Positions 1 through 6,178 of a stretch of 8,915 nt of DNA are shown here, one piece after another. Source of the stretch: a virus. Lineage: Duplodnaviria; Heunggongvirae; Uroviricota; Caudoviricetes. A program made the position numbers and the translations under genes. The number at the start of each line of letters is the position of its first letter. Position 1 is the first letter of the stretch. The notes beneath the pieces are model-generated. The model saw only the letters and a list, made by a program, of their open reading frames with translations. It searched no databases and was not told where the DNA came from. The DNA is taken from the IMG/VR virus record IMGVR_UViG_3300029157_000022. The stretch is one strand, 5' to 3'.

Positions 1-69
1 TCTGAGGCAGCACCTGGCACGGCTGGGACGGAAGTCGCTGTCGTTTTCAAAATCGGTGGAGCTGCATGA
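1..69 (+). CDS. Possible 3' end of an upstream gene running off the left edge (frame 1, ...[22 protein letters not shown], stop TGA 67-69); partial
   Basis: Frame 1 is open from the window edge to TGA at 67-69, with Ala/Gly/Thr/Val-rich codons like the downstream genes. Frame 2 is also open to TAA at 110-112, so the frame is uncertain. Too short to call firmly. Confidence 0.2.
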
Positions 70-136
70 CAAAGTCATCGGGCATTATCTGAACATAAAA
101 CACTATCAATAAGTTGGAGTCATTACCAACAACTGA

Positions 137-148
137 AAGGAAAATAAT
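137..148 (+). promoter_or_regulatory. Ribosome-binding region of gene 1 (AAGGAAAATAAT; AGGA core 10 nt before the ATG)
   Basis: Purine-rich Shine-Dalgarno-like AAGGA at 137-141, ATG at 152. The identical 12-mer recurs before gene 2. Confidence 0.6.
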
Positions 149-151
149 CTT

Positions 152-535
152 ATGGCTAACCCATATGGAAAATTAAAAGCAGTGAATGCGGATAACTCCC
201 GTTCACGCTGTAAGGTAGTAGCTTACGCTGCTGATCCAGTGCTGCAAGATCGCCTCGTCAAACTGGCTTCACCTCTCACTGACGATCTTATTGTCGGGGC
301 TTTGCTGAAAGCCGATGGCACCAAAGCAACAACCGCTTCTGATATTGCTCACGTAGTAGTTGAACCGGCTTATGAAGGACAGGAAAGCGTAGTGGTTGCA
401 CATCCTACTTTCGTTATTCTGGCTGAAGATGGGATTGAATTTAACAGCATGGAAAAGGCAAGTGTTATTGCAAAACTGCAATCTCTCGGCTTTGTAATTG
501 CTGGTTATGAAGAACTTGCGATCCCTACGACTTAA
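152..535 (+). CDS. Hypothetical protein, 127 aa; candidate small virion-associated (decoration-like) protein, function unassigned
   Basis: ORF with ATG at 152 and TAA at 533-535, preceded by a strong AAGGA RBS. First of a co-directional gene pair (127 aa then 343 aa) separated by 14 nt. No family recognised by eye. Confidence 0.8.
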   Translation: MANPYGKLKAVNADNSRSRCKVVAYAADPVLQDRLVKLASPLTDDLIVGALLKADGTKATTASDIAHVVVEPAYEGQESVVVAHPTFVILAEDGIEFNSMEKASVIAKLQSLGFVIAGYEELAIPTT

Positions 536-536
536 C

Positions 537-548
537 AAGGAAAATAAT
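537..548 (+). promoter_or_regulatory. Ribosome-binding region of gene 2 (AAGGAAAATAAT; identical 12-mer to 137-148)
   Basis: Exact repeat of the 12-mer found before gene 1, here ending 1 nt before the ATG at 550. Confidence 0.6.
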
Positions 549-549
549 A

Positions 550-1581
550 ATGAATGATTTATCAACATATTTTGGCGTTAATACTGCGGTAGTAACTCCA
601 TTTGCTTATGAGAATGCACTTAATACCCTGATTACTAATCTCGATCTGTTCGATGTGCAATATCATACAGAAAACAGCATTCTTCTTACCGACCTGATTG
701 AGCAGTTTGTGCAGGTAGCCGGGGAAACCTCGCCTTACACTCAAAGCAACTGGAACGCTTCTAAACGTCAGGAATGGTCAAACAAACTTTTCCAGATGAA
801 ACACGTCGGCAGTATTAACGCTGTTACTTCTCGTGACCTGGAACAATACAGCCGCCAATATCCAAACCGTTCTGATGCTATGCTGGTAGCGGTTAATGAT
901 TTCTCTGAGGCTCATTACCGTTCACACGCAAACCGTGTTGAAGTGGATCTGATTACCGCGCTGCTGGGACTGAAAGTTGAATCTGAATATGCCGGACAAG
1001 GTGATCTCGACTTCCTCGACGGTCAGGCTAAAACCACGGTACCCGCTATCGACTTTGCATCGACTACTGTTAACCCGTTCCTTGCTATTCGTAAAGCGGT
1101 GCGCTTACAGAGTGAAAAGCTGGGGTCTGGTCTTGCTGCAAAGCGAACTGGTGTAATTATCTTTGCTGCTGGCGCTGCTGCTGATGGTTTGTCATCTAAC
1201 CCGCTGATCAGTGACATGGTGAAATATGCAGGCGATGCGAGTGCTACGGCCCTGTTTACCCGTATGGTTGATTCTAACCCAGCCTATGACTCTTTCCAGA
1301 TTGGTGGGATCACTGTTATTGATGTGTCAATGTTTCCTGAGATTGTTGCTCACATCGGAGAGAACGGTTTCGCAATTGTCCCGGTAATGGATAAAGCGGC
1401 ACAGTGTTACCAGCTTCATAGCGGCGTTGGTGTGCGTCATGCTGAGTTAGGTCAAGATGCCGTGTTGCATCACCAATATCTAATCAAGGATGAATTCCAA
1501 TTCCCATCTGTGGTTACTGAGACATCTTATCTGCCAGTAAACAACATTCCGCAAGCTATCATCTTCGGATCTGCTGCGTAA
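550..1581 (+). CDS. Hypothetical protein, 343 aa; Ala/Val/Thr/Ser/Asn-rich, candidate major structural (capsid-like) protein, unverified
   Basis: Long ORF (ATG 550, TAA 1579-1581) with a strong RBS and a 14-nt gap after gene 1. The size and small-upstream-partner arrangement resemble decoration/major-capsid gene pairs. No catalytic motif recognised. Confidence 0.85.
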   Translation: MNDLSTYFGVNTAVVTPFAYENALNTLITNLDLFDVQYHTENSILLTDLIEQFVQVAGETSPYTQSNWNASKRQEWSNKLFQMKHVGSINAVTSRDLEQYSRQYPNRSDAMLVAVNDFSEAHYRSHANRVEVDLITALLGLKVESEYAGQGDLDFLDGQAKTTVPAIDFASTTVNPFLAIRKAVRLQSEKLGSGLAAKRTGVIIFAAGAAADGLSSNPLISDMVKYAGDASATALFTRMVDSNPAYDSFQIGGITVIDVSMFPEIVAHIGENGFAIVPVMDKAAQCYQLHSGVGVRHAELGQDAVLHHQYLIKDEFQFPSVVTETSYLPVNNIPQAIIFGSAA

Positions 1582-1593
1582 TAAAGCATTAAT

Positions 1594-1611
1594 AGACGAT
1601 TCCCATCGTCT
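1594..1611 (+). promoter_or_regulatory. Perfect hairpin (7-bp stem AGACGAT/ATCGTCT, 4-nt loop TCCC) just downstream of gene 2; possible attenuator or RNA-stability element
   Basis: Inverted repeat read directly in the sequence. It is not followed immediately by a U-tract; a T-rich run lies further downstream at about 1672-1687. Confidence 0.3.
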
Positions 1612-1734
1612 GGAAAATAATGGTAAAGGGATTAACTAACCTGTAGGCGCAAATACAGTAACGAATCTCTTTGCCCTTTTTGTTTTTCTACTGTCTACAA
1701 ACCCAAATAAAAATATATATGTGAGAGAAAACCA

Positions 1735-1932
1735 ATGAATACAGAAAATTCACAGGCATTAATTCTTAAATCTGTAAAAGAACTGGCAGCTATTAGCGAT
1801 GACTCAATAATCAATGTCAGTGCCTTATGCAGAATGCTTTCAATTGATGCAAATAATGTGCGTCAGCGTGTCTTTCAGACTGGATGTAGCACTTTCGAAG
1901 CAATCCAATATTATTGCTCTAAAAAACAATAA
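1735..1932 (+). CDS. Small hypothetical protein, 65 aa; possible helix-turn-helix-like segment
   Basis: ORF with ATG at 1735 and TAA at 1930-1932, preceded by a weak purine-rich RBS (GAGAGAAA). The segment VSALCRMLSIDANNVRQRV loosely fits a helix-turn-helix pattern. The gene is short, so less certain. Confidence 0.5.
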   Translation: MNTENSQALILKSVKELAAISDDSIINVSALCRMLSIDANNVRQRVFQTGCSTFEAIQYYCSKKQ

Positions 1933-1966
1933 CAAACAACAATCATAATACAGGGAAACAATTAGC

Positions 1967-3808
1967 ATGTTAGAGCTAAACGTGGCACGCCTCTCGAACG
2001 TTGTCACCTTCGAAGTTAACCGACCATCATTAGAGAAAGCAAAAGCAGAAGTAGAAAAACTTCGTAAACAAATGGCGGCGGTGAAAGATATAGAATTGCG
2101 TGTTAAGACACATAAACAATCAACCGCTAAAGCAAAAAAAGACGTAGACGATATTGCTAAAAAGCAAGCACAGGCTGATAAAGCTAATGCTAAAGCACAA
2201 TTAGCCGCTCAACGTGTAGTTGCAAGAGAACAAAAAGCCCTGGCAGCACGCAAAGAGAAGGCAGAATTAAAGCTTTTAGACGTTGGATCAAGCATTAGTG
2301 CAATGCACCGTCTTTCTGTAGCGGAACAATATAAAGCTATTGCACAGGCTAGAGAAATTGCCCTCCAATATGAAAGAGGAGCTATTAGTCTGGCACGTAT
2401 GAATAGCCAAATGAAACGCCTACAACAGCAACAACGTAAGATTAATGGCAATCGTAACGCTCACGCTAAAGCCTATGCACCTGTTAAGGGTAGCGGGAGT
2501 ATTGGCGGCGGTGCTGCGGCTGTTATGCTGGGTGGCTTAGGCGCTGGCGCTACGTATATGGCTATGAGCAAAGCCTCTGAATTTGTTACTAACAGCTTTG
2601 CGAATGCTGAAACGCTGGGTGAATTGTATAGCCGTGCGAAGCTGGGCGGTGTAGACGTTAACCAGATGAACAATATTGAACAATGGGCTTATAAAAACGG
2701 CGTTGATTCAATGATGGGCGAACAAGGTAAACGTAAGTATCTCGATCAGATGAAAGATGTACGGGAGAAGGCTACTAAATCTTATGATGAGGCTGAATAT
2801 GTAGTTGATAAGAAAACTGGTAAAGGAGAATGGAAGGGCGGCGATAGCGGCATCAATACTTTAATGAATGAAGGATTCCTAACTAAAAAGGATCTAAAAG
2901 ACTTTGCTGATAATCCGGCTGGTCTGGTTAGTAAAGCAGTTCAGGGAATGGTAGCTAAAGGCTATTCAGATGCACAAATCGGTAGTCGTCTGGAAGATCT
3001 GGCTGATGATTTGATGCTCACCTCTAAATACTGGACACGCTCCGCTAAAGAAGTGGAACAATCAGCACGAGAACAACGAGAATCAGGGCGCTGGGTAACG
3101 CAGGCACAACAGGAAAGCGTTATTAAATTCCGTGAACTGAATAATGCACTTAGTGGGCTTTCTGACTCACAAGGGATCGCCTTTGTTGATGGCTTTATGA
3201 AATCTCTTGATCCGAAAGTGATTGAAGAGTTTAAAAAGAGCATGGTTGCAATGCTGCCAATGTTTACCAAATTAGGCGAGGCTATCGGCGGATTGGTTAA
3301 CGCTGTAATGAAAGCAATCAACTGGCTGATGAAAAACGACGAGAAGACGGCTGCTATTCAAAAGAATTTAGGTGATGCACCGCCACTGTCTAACGAAGGA
3401 ATGAAGCAGAATCTTTCTAATCTCACTCCTAACCAATATAAAGGCGCTGGCACCGGAACAACTAAGCCAGATAACAGCAATTCCCTGGTTAACACTATTA
3501 AAGGCTGGTTTACGCCAGAAGAGACGGTAGGCGGGGCGCAGGCTGTAAATCAATACACTCTCGAAGGACAAAACATTGCAAATCTGAAACAGAGTGCAGC
3601 ACAACAAGCTATCAAGACTCCTTCTTACACCTTTGCACCTGTTATTAACTTCAATCCAGAATTACAAGTAAATGCAGAAGTGCCGCTAACTATCGAATCA
3701 GACACCGGACGATTGAGCGAATTTATCGACTTCAAATCAAAGGCATCTTCCGCTGAGTTTAGCAAGCTATTAACGCTGGGTGTTATGTCAGGCGGGTCAA
3801 CCTATTAA
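1967..3808 (+). CDS. Hypothetical 613 aa protein: N-terminal Lys/Ala/Gln-rich coiled coil, glycine-zipper hydrophobic segment (aa 175-200), then a roughly 400 aa C-terminal region of unknown function
   Basis: ORF with ATG at 1967 and TAA at 3806-3808; RBS AGGGAAA at 1952-1958. Residues about 20-165 are heptad-like and charged (KAKAEVEKLRKQ...AKKQAQADKANAKAQLAAQ). Residues 175-200 read GSGSIGGGAAAVMLGGLGAGATYMAM (nt 2489-2566). Confidence 0.9.
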   Translation: MLELNVARLSNVVTFEVNRPSLEKAKAEVEKLRKQMAAVKDIELRVKTHKQSTAKAKKDVDDIAKKQAQADKANAKAQLAAQRVVAREQKALAARKEKAELKLLDVGSSISAMHRLSVAEQYKAIAQAREIALQYERGAISLARMNSQMKRLQQQQRKINGNRNAHAKAYAPVKGSGSIGGGAAAVMLGGLGAGATYMAMSKASEFVTNSFANAETLGELYSRAKLGGVDVNQMNNIEQWAYKNGVDSMMGEQGKRKYLDQMKDVREKATKSYDEAEYVVDKKTGKGEWKGGDSGINTLMNEGFLTKKDLKDFADNPAGLVSKAVQGMVAKGYSDAQIGSRLEDLADDLMLTSKYWTRSAKEVEQSAREQRESGRWVTQAQQESVIKFRELNNALSGLSDSQGIAFVDGFMKSLDPKVIEEFKKSMVAMLPMFTKLGEAIGGLVNAVMKAINWLMKNDEKTAAIQKNLGDAPPLSNEGMKQNLSNLTPNQYKGAGTGTTKPDNSNSLVNTIKGWFTPEETVGGAQAVNQYTLEGQNIANLKQSAAQQAIKTPSYTFAPVINFNPELQVNAEVPLTIESDTGRLSEFIDFKSKASSAEFSKLLTLGVMSGGSTY

Positions 3809-3818
3809 TCATCACTGT

Positions 3819-3834
3819 GGGGCGGTTTAGCCCC
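3819..3834 (+). promoter_or_regulatory. GC hairpin (GGGGC / GCCCC, 6-nt loop) between gene 4 stop and gene 5 RBS
   Basis: Inverted repeat read directly in the sequence. No U-tract follows, so it is not a classic terminator. Confidence 0.25.
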
Positions 3835-3855
3835 CTTAAATAAGGATTACAAATT

Positions 3856-4533
3856 ATGGCAATGGGTCCGTTAACCATTGGTCGCCCGACTGAGGCGAAA
3901 ATCAACAGCACAAGCAACGATAGCAACGGTAGAACAACTAAAGGGGGTAACGGCTTTGCGATCATTACCTCTAACCTCGGCAGTGGTGCAAATGCTGCTT
4001 ACAATGACTACCAGGCATTATCATTTGATAGCGTGGAATCGACGAAAGTTAGCCGAAATGCAGACGTTACAAGCTATGCCGTCGAATCAGGATCAGAAGT
4101 TAGTGATCATGTTCAAATACGGAATAACAAGTTCACATTACAAGGGCGTATCTCTGAAACCGTATTGAAGCTCAATCCCGATATGATTAAGAATGCGGGA
4201 ATTAACGGCAATCGACGTATGCTTATGCTTGAATACCTAAATCAGTTGATGGACAGTCGCCAACCTTTCCTACTTGTCACTGAGTTAAAAAATTATGACA
4301 ACGTTGTGTTAGTTGGCATGTCTTACGCAGAAGAAGCAAGCGAAAGCCTATTGTTTACTCTTGATTTTGAGCAAATCCGTCTTGTCTCTAAAGCAACTAC
4401 AAGCGCAATTGCGGTAAAAACAGCACCAAATAAATCTGTAGGGGGACAGGTTAAAATGCAGGTAAATACAACAGAACAGAAAAATCAAAAAAGCCCAGGG
4501 CAAGACGTTGTAACGCCAGTATTTAAACAATAG
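3856..4533 (+). CDS. Hypothetical protein, 225 aa; Ser/Thr/Asn/Gly-rich N-terminal region and Lys/Gln-rich C-terminal tail
   Basis: ORF with ATG at 3856 and TAG at 4531-4533; RBS AAGGA at 3842-3846. Last gene of the co-directional module. Confidence 0.8.
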   Translation: MAMGPLTIGRPTEAKINSTSNDSNGRTTKGGNGFAIITSNLGSGANAAYNDYQALSFDSVESTKVSRNADVTSYAVESGSEVSDHVQIRNNKFTLQGRISETVLKLNPDMIKNAGINGNRRMLMLEYLNQLMDSRQPFLLVTELKNYDNVVLVGMSYAEEASESLLFTLDFEQIRLVSKATTSAIAVKTAPNKSVGGQVKMQVNTTEQKNQKSPGQDVVTPVFKQ

Positions 4534-4574
4534 CCTTAAACGCCTATGAAACGCTCTGTAACGAGATAATCATA

Positions 4575-4610
4575 AAAGAGGCATCAGTCTATATTGAAGC
4601 CTCTTTATTA
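4575..4610. terminator. Candidate bidirectional terminator between the convergent module and the integrase gene (8-bp stem AAAGAGGC/GCCTCTTT, 16-nt loop, then TTATTA)
   Basis: Inverted repeat at 4575-4582 and 4599-4606, in the 80-nt gap between the gene 5 stop (4533) and the integrase stop (4614). The loop is long and the U-tract is imperfect. Confidence 0.45.
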
Positions 4611-4613
4611 CGT

Positions 4614-5891
4614 CTACAGCGTTGTTTTACGCCTTAAATTTGATTTTTTATTGATTGATAAGCCTTTCTCTATTTCAGGGTAGCGTAAAAGCTCAATATA
4701 TTTTTTAAGCTCTACTGGAGAAGCTGCATTCTTGCTATATGTGCGGAATGTTTCTGTATTGCCGCGTGTATGGCCCAGGAGAAGGGCGATCCTGTCTTCT
4801 GGAATTTGATTTCGATCAAGAAGCTGTGCTACTCCGTGTCTCAGAGAATGAAACACTTTCCTTTCTGTTCCCTTTTCCCCTAAAGCCTTTCGTTTAGCTC
4901 TTGTAAATCTCTGCGTATGCCACGTGGAACGTTTACCATCAGCACGCTCTGTAATGCTGGCGTGATAGAACAAAAAGCCATTGTGAGGCTTTTCACGCAG
5001 CGACAACACCAACGGAGTGATAAGGCTATGTACAGGCACAACACGTGCCGCTGCTTTCGTCTTTCCCTGTGTGATTTCAAAACACAGCACACCTTCGATC
5101 TCTTTCACATCGTCTATTGTGAGACTTGCTATCTCATTGATCCGCATACCTGTATAGGCACCGATAAGACACAAAGCCATCATTTCTTTGTTTTCTGCTG
5201 AATCACCGGAAAATACTTGCAACACCTGCAATAGCTCTTTGTTAGAAAATGCCTCGTAGCTCTCTCTACTTTGTGCCACATCAAGCCTATGCCCTCGCCA
5301 GGGGGAGAGCGCCCTTTCTGGCGCATCGTGGTAACGTGATGAAGCTAATTCCCATAGCTGGGCCATTGGGCTGATATAATTTGCAATTGATTGTTGTGAA
5401 AGGGTTTTTTGCATGTGTTCAATCCAGCCTGTAACAGTGGTGCGGCTTACATCTTGCAATGCAATATCAGGCTTTTTACGGTAGGAGAGAAACATCTCTA
5501 CCGCTTTTCTTGCCTTAGCTAAAGTGGCTGGCTTATTCTTCGTGCTGTTAATTGTCAGGTAGATTTCAAGAATTTTAAGCAATGACGGACACGAAGACGC
5601 TGTATCTTGCATTCTGGTAGCTGTTTTGGCGTATTTAGCCTTACTGCGTAACAGTTCCAGCGTGTTTTCTATTGTGCTGTTTACAGGGGCGACACTCTCC
5701 CGTAAGCAATGGTATTCATCTGCAATCTGATCACGCTTTCTACGTGCAACACGAAGATTACTTGTGTGTAGACTTCTGACAAACGTCCTTTTTCCTTCAA
5801 AAAAGGGCTGCATATACACAGGCAGCGTTATCCTTAAATAGTAGTTACCGTAAGAATCACAGATTAAGTATTGGTTAGGCTTGTATCTCAT
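4614..5891 (-). CDS. int: Tyrosine recombinase / phage-type integrase (425 aa from the RBS-supported ATG; the open frame continues to a TTG at 5978)
   Basis: Catalytic-domain signatures are present: GMRINE (box I Arg), HSLRHG (His-x-x-Arg), LLGH, and a terminal Tyr in FRTYSK. The ATG at 5889-5891 has GGAG 5 nt upstream on the minus strand. The gene lies beside a tRNA 3' fragment. Confidence 0.9.
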   Translation of the reverse strand: MRYKPNQYLICDSYGNYYLRITLPVYMQPFFEGKRTFVRSLHTSNLRVARRKRDQIADEYHCLRESVAPVNSTIENTLELLRSKAKYAKTATRMQDTASSCPSLLKILEIYLTINSTKNKPATLAKARKAVEMFLSYRKKPDIALQDVSRTTVTGWIEHMQKTLSQQSIANYISPMAQLWELASSRYHDAPERALSPWRGHRLDVAQSRESYEAFSNKELLQVLQVFSGDSAENKEMMALCLIGAYTGMRINEIASLTIDDVKEIEGVLCFEITQGKTKAAARVVPVHSLITPLVLSLREKPHNGFLFYHASITERADGKRSTWHTQRFTRAKRKALGEKGTERKVFHSLRHGVAQLLDRNQIPEDRIALLLGHTRGNTETFRTYSKNAASPVELKKYIELLRYPEIEKGLSINKKSNLRRKTTL

Positions 5892-5985
5892 AAAATCTCC
5901 GGCTAAAGTGTCGGAGCGTTTGTAATGTGAAAATTGATTGTGATGCATAGAAAATGATGATTTTTCTATAAGATTCAATCAATTA

Positions 5986-6052
5986 GTAATGGTCGTAGGT
6001 GATGGCATTAACACGAGATTAATCGAGTGTTTTACTCCTATTATCGGCACCA
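5986..6052 (+). other. tRNA-Thr-like remnant / attachment-site core: 3'-terminal 19 nt ACTCCTATTATCGGCACCA (6034-6052) plus upstream tRNA-like pieces GTAAT and GGTCGTAGGT (5986-6000); not an intact tRNA
   Basis: The segment ends in the CCA acceptor with a T-arm-like ACTCC. As I recall it, this matches the 3' end of E. coli tRNA-Thr(CGU) thrW. No complete cloverleaf can be formed, since the 5' half is replaced by unrelated sequence. Confidence 0.5.
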
Positions 6053-6178
6053 TTAAAATCAAAGAGTTACCCCATATTTAAATACACCACGTTTCCTCCT
6101 GTGCCGTATTTGTGCCATTGTAACCTTGGCAATTCATCAAAATACTGTTCTGACATCAGGCAGTGCAGGTGCAGACAT

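Larger units (their letters stand above)
1..6052. mobile_element. Integrative element / genomic island (partial; left boundary outside the window) ending at a tRNA-Thr-type attachment core, with integrase at its right end
   Basis: Tyrosine integrase gene at 4614-5891 lies beside a tRNA 3'-end fragment (6034-6052). Base composition is AT-rich to the left of about 6050 and GC-rich to the right. The cargo genes have phage-like codon and amino-acid composition. Confidence 0.7.

Noticed and set aside
152-1581. Genes 1-2 as GtrA/GtrB-type O-antigen modification genes (common next to the integrase of thrW-integrating serotype-converting phages)
   Set aside because: The 127 aa protein is not hydrophobic enough for a four-helix GtrA flippase, and the 343 aa protein shows no glycosyltransferase-like motifs that I can recognise.
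1686-1721. Sigma-70 promoter for gene 3 (TATATA-like -10 at about 1714-1719)
   Set aside because: There is no convincing -35 hexamer at proper spacing. AT-rich sequence alone is insufficient evidence.
1967-3808. Calling the 613 aa protein a tail tape-measure protein
   Set aside because: The coiled coil plus glycine-rich hydrophobic segment is suggestive, but the window has no tail-tube, chaperone or baseplate genes around it, and I recognise no diagnostic domain. Kept as a hypothesis, not an annotation.
269-4530. Short antisense or alternative-frame ORFs inside the five-gene module (269-568, 562-744, 1023-1217, 2209-2451, 2473-2673, 2962-3321, 3368-3607, 3783-3965, 3878-4168, 4348-4530)
   Set aside because: All overlap the long, RBS-supported plus-strand genes. 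They have no start-site support and low-complexity or Cys-rich products.
4880-5201. ORFs 4880-5092(-) and 4917-5201(+) inside the integrase gene
   Set aside because: They overlap the integrase reading frame, which carries clear catalytic motifs; shadow ORFs.
5892-5978. N-terminal extension of the integrase to a TTG at 5978 (454 aa form)
   Set aside because: The upstream start is a TTG without a Shine-Dalgarno sequence and would run into the att region. The ATG at 5891 has GGAG at ideal spacing. The extension is kept only as an alternative.
1-6052. Element being the K-12 cryptic prophage segment that sits at the same chromosomal position
   Set aside because: The flanking chromosome (LysR remnant, paoD, paoC) matches that neighbourhood, but the gene sizes and orientations of the five-gene module do not fit what I recall of the genes next to the integrase there. 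I cannot verify this without a database, so it is neither asserted nor excluded.
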